Positions 26,485 to 45,663 of a DNA stretch of 64,000 nt are shown here, piece by piece. The notes under the pieces are model-generated. The model was given only the letters and a program-made list of their open reading frames with translations. It was not told where the DNA came from and did not search any database. The position numbers and the translations under genes are program-made. How positions within the stretch are numbered: position 1 is the stretch's first letter; each line of letters starts with the position of its first letter. Source of the DNA: the human T2T-CHM13v2.0 reference genome, Homo sapiens. The stretch lies in NCBI RefSeq assembly GCF_009914755.1, contig NC_060930.1; one strand, written 5' to 3'.

Positions 26485-28069
26485 TTATTAAATAAGAAAA
26501 CTGGAAACACCCATCAATACATCAATGAATAAATTACATTTATTCAATGGAAATAAATATTTAAGGATGGAAATCAAATTAGAGGTGAATATATCAGTAT
26601 GGATGATTCTCAAAATCATAGCACTTAGGTGCACTGTTGCCTGTTAATTCTATCTTTTCTAACTTTATTGTAATTTTATCATTAGCCCCAAACCTCGTTC
26701 TCTTCCCAGGGCACTGGGTCCACGCTGGAGCATCCCAGAGCTGATCAATCCCTCTGGAAGCAGGGACACCCCTGGCTCCATAGGATTCCATTTTGCTGAA
26801 CTACTGGTTCAGAAACACAAGAGCCTGACATCTATGGGAACACAGAGCCAGAAAACCCAGGCACAGACCAGGACATCTCCGAGGTGATTTATTAATAAGT
26901 AACTGCAGGATATCCTGACACTCAGCAATAAAATCAAAGCAATAAAAATGCTTTTCTAAGAAAATGGCAGTCATGTCAGGCAGAAGATCAAACCTGGGCT
27001 AGGGCCTTACAAAACATCTAATTATATCCTAACGGCATGGAGAGGCCTGTGGGGCATGTGGTGGGGCCCAGGCCCCCTCTGCTGCTCAGCCCTCCCGGCA
27101 CCGCCTTCAGTCCTCAAGCCTGAGAGCCTCTGTGCTTGGGGGGCCACCTGGCCTCAGCACCATCCAAGTGGGCACATATGTGCCTTCACCCCTTCCTCTG
27201 ATGATTCTCTGGATAAAACTTTCCATGGCCTTGTCTTAATTAAGAAATGATGCTTCTGAAAGTGAAATTCCAACTGCTATTTCTGATTTAGTGGAATGAG
27301 TCCAAAACACCATGTTCGCTGTAGAGTTTTTAAAATTTTGATTGATTCTCCTAAATTAATACTAATCCTTGGAGATGAAGATTCCTCCCTAAGAAAGGTG
27401 CTGTGGCTCATCAGGCTGGGAAGTCTGAGCCGGCTCTGCACAGACGTGCGATGAGATGCCCGATTCCCGTGTGTGGCTGTCTCTCAGCTCTAGCTCAAGA
27501 GAAAGCTAAAAAGCCCAGGGCCGCCAATTTTCTTCTTCAAAGCTTTCAAAACCATATATTGGCGACATGTGCCTGATTTTTACCTTAAAAAAATGAGCCC
27601 AGCATTTTCTTGAAACTTAATCTTTGAGATACTCAAAACCACAAAAATTTAACCACTTCATATTTCCTTGCAGGTATTTCCAGCAGGTATCTGCTAGACG
27701 CGTTCTCTCTGCCAGCCCGCTGACTTGCTAGCTGTGGAGCAACTGCAGTACGTGCCCGTCCCTGTCACCAGGGGCTGGCCATCAACAGAAGCTGCTCCTT
27801 CCAAGCCGGCCACGCGTCTACTACTTCATCATCCTCTCGGGGGTGCATCCACGGCTCTCCCTACAATGGGAGCTTCCTGAGAGGCACTTTCATTTCTCTG
27901 TGCTTCCTCTGGGCTCACCAGCAAGTGCTAAACTGAAGGAAGATAGAGTTAAATTGTTTAGCAATCAGAGTTTCTATGACTGTCCATCATCACTGCATCT
28001 CTTCTATGACATGAGACATTGGTGCGATGTGTCATTATGTTCAAATGTGTGGGTCGGCCAGGGTGTATC

Positions 28070-28433
28070 TGTATGGACTGAATGTGTCCCCATAAAATTT
28101 GTATGTTGAAGCCCTAACCCCCAATATGAGGATATTTGGAGCTGGGGCCTTTGGGAGGTAATTAAGTTAGATGAGGTCAGATGGACATGGCCCCTGTGGT
28201 TGAGATTAGCCCTAATACCAAGAGATAGCAGAGAGCTCCACCCTACTGTTGGCCACGTGCACACATAGGGAGAAGGGGGCCGTCTATAAGCAAGGAAGAG
28301 AGCCCTCATCAGAAACCGATCGCGCCAGCATGCTGATCTTGGATCTGAGGCCTCCAGAACTGAGGGAAAATAAATGTCTGCTGTTGAAGTCACCCAGTCC
28401 ATATTGTTTTGTTATGGCAGCTGGGGTAAGACA
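28070..28433 (+). mobile_element. MLT1A-type solo LTR
   Basis: 'atggactgaatgtgtcccc...gaagccctaacccccaat...aataaatgtctgctgttgaagtcacccagt...aagaca'. Confidence 0.85.
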
Positions 28434-28732
28434 GTGTCCTTCTCGGTTTCTACCCTTAACAGGATAAAAATCCCTGGAGCAAACCCTCTCCTTCCTCCCA
28501 AAGGAGCCATGGGAAGCCACTCTCTACAATTTGCAGCAAACACGGAAGCACCAGAATCCTGCACGTATGCTCGGAGGAAACGCACAGAGGACAAATGCAG
28601 GGTCGCAGGATACAAGAATGGCAAAGGCTGACTCCAGAGAACGTTGTTAAGCTTCAAATCTATACTGTGCATTGGAAGGTAAACAAGCATCATCCACACA
28701 ACTAACTGACTGCATTCACCAGCACACTCTGA

Positions 28733-29101
<369 letters not shown>

Positions 29102-29867
29102 TCATTCTCGGATTTCTTTAACCTCTCCTTGGAGGGGACACAGAACTGGATGACAAGGAAGAAACACTCCTGGGAGATGTGGTTGGGGGCAGGATAGAGA
29201 GAACAAAGGCCAGGGCCAGGCAAGGCTGGGGAAAGGATGAAGGCTGAGATTTGGGGGGTGAGGGAGGTGTCCAGAAGATGATGAGACGTTCAGGAGAATG
29301 GGAGGGCAGGAAAACAGGGCAAGGTTTGGACGGGTCTCCCCGCTGCCGGGGGTCTGGTACTGCCTGTGCAGCGCAGGCTGGAGGGAAAATGTAAGCTGCC
29401 CAGTGCCGCTGCCCTGCCCACCCCTGCTGCACCTCTGAGTCACTCAGTTCTTCCAAAGGAAAAGCTGGGAAGAAGGAGTTCGGTGTCTGGACTTCTAATC
29501 AGCTTGTTCCTTACAGCACTATTTACTGAGGGAAAGATTTTAAATGTTCAGCTAGGAAAACTGGTGGAATATATTAGGATACATCATGACAAAAAGATGC
29601 AGCCTTTGACACACAACCTCTTATAGTATTTTTAACAACAGGCGGAAAGAGCCCTATGTAACATGAAGAAAAGTTAGAGACAAAGCCATATATATGTACG
29701 GTCCAGTCAGATACCAATTAGATAAGCAGACTCGACAGAGACTAGAAAGAACACACGAAAAGCAGTAACAGGGACTATTCTGTACTGGAGAATTAAGGGC
29801 TATTTTTCTTTTTTTCCATTTTGGTAATTTTGCAGGTTCTCTAGAAGCATAATTTGTGTTTGTAATC

Positions 29868-30167
29868 TTTTTTTTTTTTTTTTTTTTTTGAGACAGTCTC
29901 ACTCTGCCACCTAGGCCGGAGTGCAGTGGTGCGATCTCGGCTCATGGCAACCTCCGCCTCCCGGGTTCAAGTGATTCCCGTGCTTCAGCCTCCTGAGTAG
30001 CTGGGATTAGAGACACGCGCCACCACGGCCGGCTAATTTTTGTATTTTAGTAGAGATGAGGTTTCACCATGTTGGCCAGGTTGGTCTCAAACTCCTGACC
30101 TCGGGTGATCTGCCTGCCTTGGCCTGCCAAAGTGCTGGGATTACAGGCGTGAGCCACCACGCCTGGC
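29868..30167 (-). mobile_element. AluS
   Basis: Long poly-T plus Alu reverse complement; TSD-like tgtaatcttt. Confidence 0.94.
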
Positions 30168-30409
30168 TGTATCTGTAATCTTTAGAGGTATTAAAAAAAA
30201 TATATCTTCAACTAAAGCTTAGACTGATAGAAGAGGCAAAAGCAGGGCAAGAGAGAGGTGGCCCGACGCACACATTTTGGTTGCTGGGGTCTCATAACAG
30301 AACGGAACTTCTGAGGATTCTGCCCCATGCCCTGCTCTGGGGAGAGGGGTCCATCGCCACCCCGCACAGCCGGTGAGTCCCCACACCAGCAGCCCCAGCC
30401 CCCACTCGC

Positions 30410-30565
30410 CTCGCCGCTCTGCAATCTGCAGGTAGCCAGTGGACAGGTACTGCTCCATGTCCTGCTGGAAGGCTTCCTCAAAAAACTTCTGCCGCTCCTT
30501 CAGCTTCATTTGCTGGGTGTGCTCCATTTCCAGGACCTTCTGGGCGTGCTCTGCATCTAGTTCAG
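30410..30565 (-). CDS. DTNBP1: DTNBP1 exon 8, [52 protein letters not shown]
   Basis: ttcctcAG acceptor; GAG|gcgagt non-canonical GC donor; 156 nt, phase 1-1; ORF 30219..30653. Confidence 0.96.
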
Positions 30566-30689
30566 CTGAGGAAACAGAATAACTGGGGTTAGGGTTTGAA
30601 AAGGGACTGAGAGAGGAAATGGGTATAAACAGCTGCTCGCATCCACCCTCCAAGTGGATGGAGTCATGCCGCGTTTACAGACTGGGCTG

Positions 30690-31104
30690 GTGCCCCGACT
30701 GCGTGTACAGCTGGCCTCCTTGTCCCCCAATCTGCTGCACTTCCTCCCCCTACCTGGGCGGTCAGGGTCAGGCCCTTCGTTCCACACCTTTGCATGTGCT
30801 GTTCCCTTTGCTGGAACGACCTTCCCACCCGCATCGCCCATTCATCAGTCACAAACAGCTGTTCACCTTCCAAGACCAGCTTCTCAGGTCGTCCTTCTAC
30901 TAACTCCAGTGGAGTCTGCTGCTCCATCCAGATGTTTCCACATCCCTGTGTTTAGACTTTTGCAGCTGACTTACAAAAATTGCAGTGCAATTGCTAAGGA
31001 TTTGGAGTCCCTGCAAGACTGTGACCATGTATGACTCATTTCAACATGCTGTCACTCAGCTCAGAGCCTGGCACACAGTAAGCTCTCAAGGTATGTTTGT
31101 TAAA
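30690..31104 (+). mobile_element. L2 3' fragment
   Basis: 'ctttgcatgtgctgttccctttgctggaa' and 'gcctggcacacagtaagctctcaa...tttgtt'. Confidence 0.6.
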
Positions 31105-31114
31105 AGTATGTAAC

Positions 31115-31851
<737 letters not shown>

Positions 31852-32188
31852 GCTTGGGAACAAAAAAAGTAAGTATGTAGCCATCATGGTGTATTACAAA
31901 GTGCTTAATCTTGGCTTTTTAGTGTTTACTGACCACACAACCTAATCAGTTAACCTTCTCATCTGAAAATTTGGGATAGAAATATTAACCCAATATTGAT
32001 ATGAAACATATGAAAGGATGTGAAAAAATTTTATAATTTAAGGGACCAGTGACCCTTCAAGGTAAGCCTTAGTAATATACAAGGCAAGAACACTAACATA
32101 ATTAACCTTCACCTGGTCATTCAAGCAAGAACCCCAAATCTCCCAGCTATAAACACTTTCCAGTAGTTTAACTTTTCCTCAAGGCACG

Positions 32189-35081
<2,893 letters not shown>

Positions 35082-35219
35082 GCATGTACAGAGAATACAA
35101 AAAATGAAATCAGGGTCAGACATTTACCATTTTTGACCTGGTACATGGGTAAAGGATTACTTCTAAACTTGCTTTTAGATCTTAAATCCTTTGTACTTCA
35201 CAGGGGTGCAGGGAGAATC

Positions 35220-35790
35220 CTGAGGTGGCTCTGAGACCTGCTCCCTGGTGTACCTGCTCTGCACTCCCTAGGCCTGGGGCTGGGATGGATTTTACCCTGT
35301 GCCTAGGTGATGTCCATGGCACAGCTGACTCCTTAAAGGGGGAACATCTGGGTGAGCCTGGCCTAGCTAGGCTTGTGAAGGGCACTGGGCCTTCTTGGAG
35401 AAAGATGTGAAGCGTGACAGGGATTTGACACAGGGCCATTATCTGTTGCTGGGTTGGAGGATGGAGGGGGCCACGTGGAAAGGAATGTGGGTAGCATCCT
35501 GGGGCTGAGAGCATCCCCGGGCTGACAGCAGGTGAAAGAAAAGGGGCCTCCATCCCACAATCACTAGGTGCCTGAACTCTGGCAATGACCTGAAGGGCCC
35601 TCACACAGATTCTTCTCCAGTGCCTCCAGAAAACAACGCAGCTCTGCGACCCCTGATCTCAGCCTCATGGAATACTGGGCAGAGAATCCAGTCACAGCTT
35701 GCCTACACTTCTGCCCTACAAACTGGAAGCTGATAAATTTGTTTCATTTTAAACTGTTATGTTTGTGGTTATCTATTACACAGCAATATG
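35220..35790 (+). mobile_element. MLT1E-like LTR
   Basis: 'gggccacgtggaaaggaatgtggg...gctgacagc...cagattcttctccag...gtttgtggttatctattacacagcaata'. Confidence 0.7.
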
Positions 35791-37069
35791 GGCTTATTCC
35801 AAACAGGCTGTATGAATTCAGGTCCCTGACCAAATCTGGTTGACTGTAAAAATGAAAAAGGACAACCTGAGTGCCTTACCTTACGTAAATATTTCCTAAC
35901 TCCTGCCCTGTGTCTGTGGCAGACACCCTGCTCCGCTGAGTTTGGGTGCTATTACTCCGGAAAATCTAGTCATCTGCAGAAACCATTTCAGCTACCTTCT
36001 GTCCTGGGATACACTGTAACAAACCATTTCACCCAAGGCATTGTTTCCTCTGGTTCAGCTCAGGGGAGTATCAACATCTTAGGGGTGTTATCAAGATTGT
36101 TAACAAAACAAACGCAGCAGCTCTTACCATGGACAATGGTGAATGAGGTCCGTTATCTGCCTTAGTCCCTGCCCATCCCCACATTCCCAGCACCACACTC
36201 TCAACTCCGGAGTCCAGCAAGCTGGTATGCATGGCAGACCTTAAAACCCAGTGATGGAGTTTATCATCTCAAATCAGGTACAGTGTCTAATACTTAGAAT
36301 ACTATGGGCTTTCTTCTTATATTCTGATCTACATACATGCAAGAAACACAAACTGATGCTAACCAAAGCAACATAGGAAAAGTAAATATTCCTAATTAGC
36401 ATGTAATCACATGCATAGTATTTCCTCTGTGCATTCTGCTCATACTGTTGCCAGTACTGGGTGCCCTCTCTCCATTTCCTGCTACCTCATCCCACATGTG
36501 TTTACGTGAAGACGGTCTGCCACAGTGGGAAGAGTTTCTTGTGCTCACAGGTTTTGGGCTAGGCCCAACTCAGGTCCTACACTCCTAGCGCCTCTTGGCA
36601 CAGCCCTCTGGTCTACCTCTACGTTCAGCTGCAGCTATGGAAGCCAGTTCTGTGTGCGCTCATTGGGATGCACAGAGGGTCCCACCTCACAGCCACGCCT
36701 GTGTGGCTGTTTTTCTGGTCAGAGTATTCTCTGAATCTCAGGGAACCTAGCCAGCACAGCCCAGTTTTGTGGAATTAAGGCAGTTCTCAACCAACATGTG
36801 ACAGAGGTCAGTGTCTCAGGACCCTGGTCTAACATCCTTTGGGTGGACGATTCTAGGAGGCGTTCTCAACACTTCTCAGAGATCCTGGTACGACGGCACA
36901 TCCTCACTGGCTTTAGCAGCTTCCTGCTTTTAGCTTCTTTTCCTCGCTGTCTCACTTTCCCTGTCCCTCGCTCCTGCTTCTTGGAATCGCCTCCCAAAGG
37001 ACCTGCAGCTAAATCCTCTTCAGGATTTAGTCTCAGACTCTTTTTCCACATAACTGATTTCACCAGAGT

Positions 37070-37195
37070 TGCAACTTCTCCTCCATACAAGTGCGGTAAA
37101 AACACCTATTTCGTAAGGTTGTTGGCAGGATTAAATGAGGTAGCAAATACGAATCACCAAGCATACAATGTTGGCCAATAGCTGGCAGCTAATAT
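37070..37195 (+). mobile_element. MIR fragment
   Basis: 'acctatttcgtaaggttgttggcaggattaaatgag'. Confidence 0.6.
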
Positions 37196-37825
37196 TAATA
37201 CCAGCATTATTTAAACAACAGCCTCTTGAAGAGGGAGCAACACCAAATATTACCAAGAACCAGGACTCACTATGCACTGAAAATCACCTGCTCTGGGCCC
37301 CACTCAGATGCTTAAGAATTAGTTACCTTTCAGTACTCTTAATAAATCTGCAAGGAATTTAGAGTGTACTCGTAAGAAAAAAAAATGAACTGAAGAGGAT
37401 GTCTTTTCATTTGTTTCACTTCAGTTGTCAACATATCTGTTCAAATGATTCATGGCTGCCAAGTGCATTAGAATAAGTCAACCCTAAAATACATTAAGTA
37501 TGCTTCAACTGCTTCAAAGTTCAGCTAATCTTCTTTTGAAAAATAATTCCAGAATAGGCAGCTCAAAACCAAAGATCAATGCAGAAATCATCAAAGGGGT
37601 TTTAATTAAAGAATATCTTGTTTTAACAGAATTAAGATTTTCTGTAGATATATAACATAAAAAACATTTTTCTCAAGACTACTTCTGCTTTAAAAGTTTG
37701 ATTCTCTCGTGTTGCTGAATTATTGGCCCTTCAGTTTATCTCAGTTTTTTCTACATCAGAATGAAATCCAATCATGTCTCGACCTTCACAAGGGAGGAGG
37801 GGTTAGATTAGGAAACTTAAAATGA

Positions 37826-38121
<296 letters not shown>

Positions 38122-39524
38122 TTAAAATGACTTATAAAAAATAGGAGAAAACAATCACTGTTTTAAGTTTTAAAACATGTTCCTCACTAGGTATCTGAAA
38201 CATCCCCAGCTGTCCCCACCAGCTCCCCACTTCATTTCAGAGCCCTTTTTGTATCTCGGGGCTAAGCACTAAGCCAGCTTCACTGAGGACCGAGTATAGT
38301 TGCACCACACCAGCCACTATTCAGGATGACTATGAAAAAGCACAAAGCGGGCATTTAAAAATAACTTTGCTGCCCAACAGCTAAGAGACATTTGCCCTCA
38401 GCGACGTGACTGAATGAGGATGTTCTAATTGTGCTGTGTGTACTGAAATCATCAATTGGGCCTGCATCAAGAAAACAACCAAATATGGGAGAGGTGAAAT
38501 GATGGGAGGATATTTGAAGGAAAAATTTCAAATCTAGGGGTTTAACAGCATCTGAATTTTAGAATGAGGACTGAAAAATCTAAATTACAGAACATTTTCT
38601 ACAAGGAAAAATGACCCCTTGCTCACATTAAGATGCCATTTATTATACTGGGGAAAGCCAGACAAATACAAAGATGTTAAGAGCTTCAACAAATGGACTT
38701 CAGATTAAAAGAAAAAAAATCAAAACAAGATGCAGTAGTTTTTCTACGACGAGTCAAGAGTAATCATTTAATTCCATTATCACCTCAGGCCTATGTCTTT
38801 TTATTTCAACTCCAGATCATTGCTCAAGTTTTATCTGACTGCAACTTCCACTTTAGTTACCACTATCAATTTCAAATGCTTACTTACTCAAAACAACAAA
38901 AAATTCCATTACCAGTGAAGACGGAATAATCAATTCTCAATTATACGTTTTAATGGGGCATAAGGGTGGCACAAGATATATGAAATTAAAAAAAACCAAG
39001 TTCATTTCAGGAACATATTCAACATACTCTACAACTAAGCCTTTTAACCGAGATAGGTAATAAATATAGTGAGGTGTTAATGACCGAAAAAGGCCCCCAA
39101 ACCTCTGGGAGTCATGTATAGAAAACTAGGATAAGCCTCTCTCTTAAGAGTTCAAAATGTTAAAAGAGAAACAGTAACACTTACTACATATGAATTGAGA
39201 AAAATTCTAGTAATCTCTCTATTAAAGATTAAGAGCATTGTTCATTAGAGATAAATAAGACTAAGAATAAACTTTAAAAACTAACTTCAATATTTACAAT
39301 TCAGGTGTTTTTATATTGAGTTAGGAAATATGAGTTTTGTGATATTAAAATACATGTGACATGATCAAGAGAGAACTGTGAAATATCTGTAAGTCTCTAA
39401 ACAATTTTCTGAATACAAATAAACATCTCTTCAAGCTGTTTTTTGATAAAAACAATTGCCAACAGTCTGTCAAATTACATAACCACTAGAAGACATTAAA
39501 TTCTGTCAATGTGACAGATTTTAA

Positions 39525-40179
<655 letters not shown>

Positions 40180-40409
40180 TATCTGCATTTATTTAATAGG
40201 GTATTTTTGATGCATGAACTATGTACACTGAGGAAAATTTTTAGCCATAAAAAATTATTTATTCCACAAATAATAGGGTGAAAGTCCCTATTTTAGGGGA
40301 CTTTTCCTATTATAGATGACTACAACTAGCACATTTTGGTGTATACCCATCAGGGATTTTTCCCCCCATTAGGATGACTATATGAAATTGCAATACTCAA
40401 TTTTTAAAG

Positions 40410-41760
40410 CTTTTTACTTCGAAATAATTATAGGTTCATAGGATGTTACCTAGAAATGTACATCCTGAATGTCCCTCAGTGCTAACATCTTACATAATTC
40501 TGGTATAAGGTCAAAACCCAACAATTAACATGGGTACAATCCACAAAGCTTATTCAGATTTCACCAGTCACACATGCGCTGTGCGTGCAGATGGGCATAC
40601 AGCTCCATGCAGTCTTACTACATGCATAGCCTTGTGTAAGCACTACATCAATACAGTACCACCGTAAGACTCCCTCAGGTTCCCCTTGCAGGATACAGTA
40701 AATTCCTCTTCAAAGTTTAGCCTGTTAACTTCCTTTAAAATTCAAGAAGGAGAAAAATTGTTAAGTACAATAAGTTCTGAGTTCTTCTTCAAAGAACCAA
40801 TATGTCAGTATGTTCAGCTTCCCTGTTCTTTGTTCTCCATTTTAAAGTTTAACTTCCTCATTCTTTACTCTCCTTGCCCCTAGTTTCAGTAAATGACCCC
40901 CTCCTAGCCTCTGTCACCTGTTCTGTCCTTAGGCATCCTTAGTCACCTGTTCTGTAACTGTCCTTTCCACCAAAACTACTCACCCTGCCACTCCGGCTCA
41001 TACCCTTGCTCTCTTTAAAAGAGACAATTGGAATTAGCTTAGACTGTGCAGTCCAACCCTAGCCAATAGGGGAAAGACACAGCAGTAGGAGCTAGCGGCA
41101 TTAGGAATAAGACCCCTTCCCCTTCCTTGTCTGGTGTGCTCTCGCCATTGTTCCATCCACAAGATACACCCTTCTATAGAAGTAAATTGCCTTGCTGAGA
41201 AAACTTTTGCCTGAGTGTCATTTTCACTTGGTGACACCAAGCATTTACTTCCAACACCTCTTATAGCCATGCCCTCCTTCCCCAAACACTCAGCTGGACT
41301 CCAAATCTATAATTATGTTATTTCATATGTTATGTAAGTGGAATCATGTACTATATATCCTTCTGAGACTCGCTTTTTTCACTCAGCATAATTGCCTTGG
41401 GGTTTCTCCAAGCTACAGCACATAATAATCTGTTCCCTTTTATTATTGAGTAGAATTTTATGGTATGGATGTACCACAGTTTGTTTAACCATTCACCCAC
41501 TGAATGGCTGTTTCCAACTTTTGGCTATTATGAATAAAGCTGTCATGAACATTTGTGTATGAGTTCCTACATGAAAATAAGTACTTTCTCTTGCATAAAT
41601 GCCCAAGAGTGCAACTGCTGGGTCATACGGTAAGTTCATTTTTCGGTTTTGAAAGGAACTGCCAAACTCTTTTCCAGAGTAGCTATTCCATTTTACATCC
41701 CCATCATCACTGTGTGAGTCAGCTAGTTTCTCTGCATCTTTGCCAGCATTTGCTGGGACT
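40410..41760 (-). mobile_element. L1MC/MD-like 3' end split by an LTR10 insertion
   Basis: Antisense L1M 3'UTR motifs on both sides of 40687-41256. Confidence 0.7.
40687..41256 (+). mobile_element. Solo LTR10 (HERV-I group, LTR10C-like)
   Basis: TG...CA ends; 'cttcaaagaaccaatatgtcagtatgttca' and 'agaagtaaattgccttgctgagaaa' are LTR10 hallmarks. Confidence 0.8.
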
Positions 41761-41774
41761 TACTAATTGTAACA

Positions 41775-41987
41775 CAGGTTGAGTATCCCTGCGCTGAAAT
41801 CTGAAGCTTTTTGAGCACCTACCTGATTCTAACAGGAGATGCTCATGGGAGCATTTAGGATTTCAGTTTTTTGTTTTAGCCATGCTCAACCAGTAAGTGC
41901 ATACTGCAAATATTCCAAAATCGGAAAAAATCCAAAACCTGCAACACTTCTAGTCCCAAGTATTTCAGATAAGGGATATGTAATTGT
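41775..41987. mobile_element. Tigger4a/Zombi-like TcMar MITE
   Basis: Left end caggttgagtatccct; right end 'tcccaagtatttcagataagggata'. Confidence 0.78.
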
Positions 41988-43215
41988 ACAGACTGTTTCC
42001 TTTTCTCTCTCTTTTCTCCAGAATGTGGATGCCTGTCAGAAACAAGTTTCAGCTTCCTTTTAAATATTTTCAATAATTGCTGTTTCCAAAGGTACTTTTA
42101 GTTCCCTGAGCTTAGTAAAATATATTTTAGAAAAATTTTGTTCAGAAACTGAGGACTTGTTAGACAATGACAAAATACACAATATTTCCTTGCAGTTTTA
42201 AAAACCACTTTTCCTGTACTGTTACCATTTTTAACAGTTACATTTTTTCTTACCTCAGTTTTCAAATAAGGTATACACAACAATTTTTAAAGTCTCCCAA
42301 TCTCCTGCCCCCACTTAAACAAATGAATACAAATTTTCTCAGGCTGGATTAAAAAAAAAGACCCGTAAAAGTATTTTCCTGGCATTGGTTTTCCTTATAC
42401 ATGAATTTTTAAGGTATCAACTTCTGTGACCTGTGTTTCTACAGTTTTAAAAAGTTTTATATCCAGCCTTCATCAATAATTAGTTTTCAAAACAGACATA
42501 TTTATTTTATACCATACATTATTTCTGTGAGTATTCTAAAGTATTATAGAACATTATTCCTCAGAATTGGCATTTGGAAAAACAATTCTGTGCATGCTAA
42601 AGTTAACACACGTTTTCAAAGAAAGTTAAATGACTTTACAGAGCTTTTCTTAACCCTTGCTCCAACACAGACACACACACACACCCTTTACACACATTAA
42701 TCAAGTACTATACTTTTACATGCAACTAAAAAAAGATGATCCTTACCTAAAACACAGTAGTTAGGAATAATGGCAGTTTTTTTGCAGATAGTCAGAATAA
42801 ATAACTTTTACATAACAAAGAATTCATGGCAACTACTGAGTTGGTCACAAAATTAGGTCCTTAGGAACAGCTACTGGAAATGCTGTTTCCTAAAACCATG
42901 CTGCAGGAAACACTATTCTAGTATTCTGGAACAGTTTTCGAATTCCTATCAATTACCTTAAGGAAATGACCACTATCTAGAGTATTAACAAAATGAACAC
43001 TGCAGGAACAAGATGTGTATGAGGCTTGTTAGAAATAGTTAAGACAGAATGCTCAACAATACCTTAGCTTTTATGGGAAGGGCAAGGCAGTTTAGAAGAC
43101 CGGGGTCTGACTGCAGGGCCAGCTCAGGCAGGCGGGTCTCAGCACACCACTCACCTCCCACCATGCACCCTGGAGGCCTCAGATTTCCCATCGCCAGGAG
43201 GGTGGAGCTGGCTGA

Positions 43216-43544
<329 letters not shown>

Positions 43545-44439
43545 CCACCTCCAGTTCTTAAATGCTGAGAATCTATTTTTATTTACTTCTGATTGGAGCA
43601 GGAAAGGGTGATCCCAAAGCCTATCTTGTTTTTAGTATAATTATATGAATATCAGATTAGCATTAAGGAATCTAAGACCTTTTGAGTTAGACAATGACAT
43701 TTCAAGAAAATAAGATTTAATTATTAACAAAAACCTGAAGGTATTTTTACATTCATTTTCCTGGCCATGTGATTGATTGAAGAATGATAAGAACCAGAAA
43801 GTGTAAGATAAATGGATCAGTAAGAAATGCACTTAATCATAAATTATTACCCTTGTTCAAATTCACAGGCTCAGACTAGGAGGTTAAGGGTACGGTGTGG
43901 TGGCTTCTGCAATGAGTACAGGTAGCACCAAGAAGGCTGCTTCCTGTAGGAGATCGACAAATACCTACATGGATGAGTCACAGTTCGAAGGAATGGTTCA
44001 ACGCCATTTGAAAATGCTCTTCAGTGATATGTTGACAAAGATGCTTTTTACAGAAACACTATGCTAAAATGCCGCATGAAATAGCAGCTTTTTCTTTCTT
44101 TCTTTCTTTTTTTTTTTTTTTTTGGTAAGACTAAAAAGAACTTCAGTCTAGAAGCTTTGTGTTATGGATATTTAGACAAAAGCCCAATTTCTAGAATTTT
44201 TAAGCCACATCTGACATGTTCCTGAATTTTAACTATGGAATTGGCCTACTTATTAACAGTTTGAGGGGAAAAAATGGAAGAAGTTTAGATCACTACAGGA
44301 ATCTTTTCAAAATCAAAGGCTTTTTTTAAAACGCTGCATAAAAGACTTTAGAAAAAGTAGTATAAACCAACTGCCAGCGTCTGTGAGTGAAAATTATTTA
44401 TTAAAGAGTCCATTCAAAAGGGTTGTACAGACAGAAAAC

Positions 44440-44601
44440 CAGTGGTTCTCCACATTTGGCAGCATCAAAATCACCTACAGGACTAGTGAACAGAGATTCC
44501 TGGACCCCATATCCAGAATCTGATTCAGTAATCCATTTGGGCCAAAGATTTGCATTTCTAACCAAACCCCAGGTAATGCTGACACTGCTTGAGAACCACT
44601 G
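44440..44601. mobile_element. MER5A/B element
   Basis: Perfect 11-bp TIRs cagtggttctc / gagaaccactg; 'tctgattcagta', 'tttgcatttctaac'. Confidence 0.85.
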
Positions 44602-45608
44602 CTCTAGACGAACTACATCTGTGCAACCACTGCATTACTTCATTTACATTTTGACCTTGTATAAATATTTATACAATGGGAAACAGACGAAGCAGCTGGT
44701 ACAATCCATAGAAATGACGGAAATGTTATCTCCTTAACTCTTGAAAATATCTGTGAAATTATCCAGAACGGAAGAGCTCCAGCAGCAACCAAAATGCATA
44801 ATCACAGACAAGAATTGCCTGTTGTCAACCTTATGGGTGACAATAACGGATAAGCCCCTTAAGGCAGGCTTTCCTCCTTAGCAACTCTGTGCCATTCTGT
44901 GGAATCCATTACCAGTCCCTGTGCTTGGTGGCTTCCACACAGAAGGAGGCAAGATCCCCTGTGACCAGATCTGTGCTTTGTCCTGAACTCCAGATATAAC
45001 AGAGTGGGTTCTCATCCTCTCCATTTTCAGAGACAACATACAGAAGTTTTCAAGCCATCTGCATTTAATTTTCCCATAAACAATATAAAATTATATTTGT
45101 ATTCAAAGCTAATAGACAAAACTCTGGCAAATAAAAATTTTAGAGAAGAAAAAATACATACAAGCAAAGTGAGATGTGAGAAAGTGAATATGGCAACAAA
45201 TGCTGAAGAGATGCAAAATCAATGTTAACCATAAATTTCTATTAATCGAAACTCTCAGACTCCAACAGTATAACAAAGCTAATCACAATGATAACCTAAG
45301 GTATTCAAAGATTTAAGAGATTTCTGAATTATTAAAACATTTTATAGTATATTCTAACTGCTTTGAAAATTGGTCATCTTTGACAGACTGGTAAATATCA
45401 ACAGATAAAAGGTTTGAATTAATCAAAAACTTCCCAACCTTGATAACCTGGTATGCTTGTTATTCAACATAAATAATCACACATTTAAAAAGTTTTAAAA
45501 GCGTTCTACCTGCTATGGATTCATGGCCGTTCAACACAATCTATGTGTTAAAATAGATCAGACCCAGGATTCAGGTCAGCATTTGCTATTCTTAATCTCT
45601 AAGCTTAA

Positions 45609-45617
45609 ACACACACA

Positions 45618-45662
<45 letters not shown>
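45609..45662. repeat. (CA)n microsatellite, about 27 units with one interruption
   Basis: Directly visible. Confidence 0.97.

Positions 45663-45663
<1 letters not shown>

Noticed and set aside
30404-30405. Canonical GT as the true DTNBP1 exon 8 donor
   Set aside because: It adds 4 nt and breaks the frame into exon 9; the GC site preserves the known peptide and fits the donor consensus better
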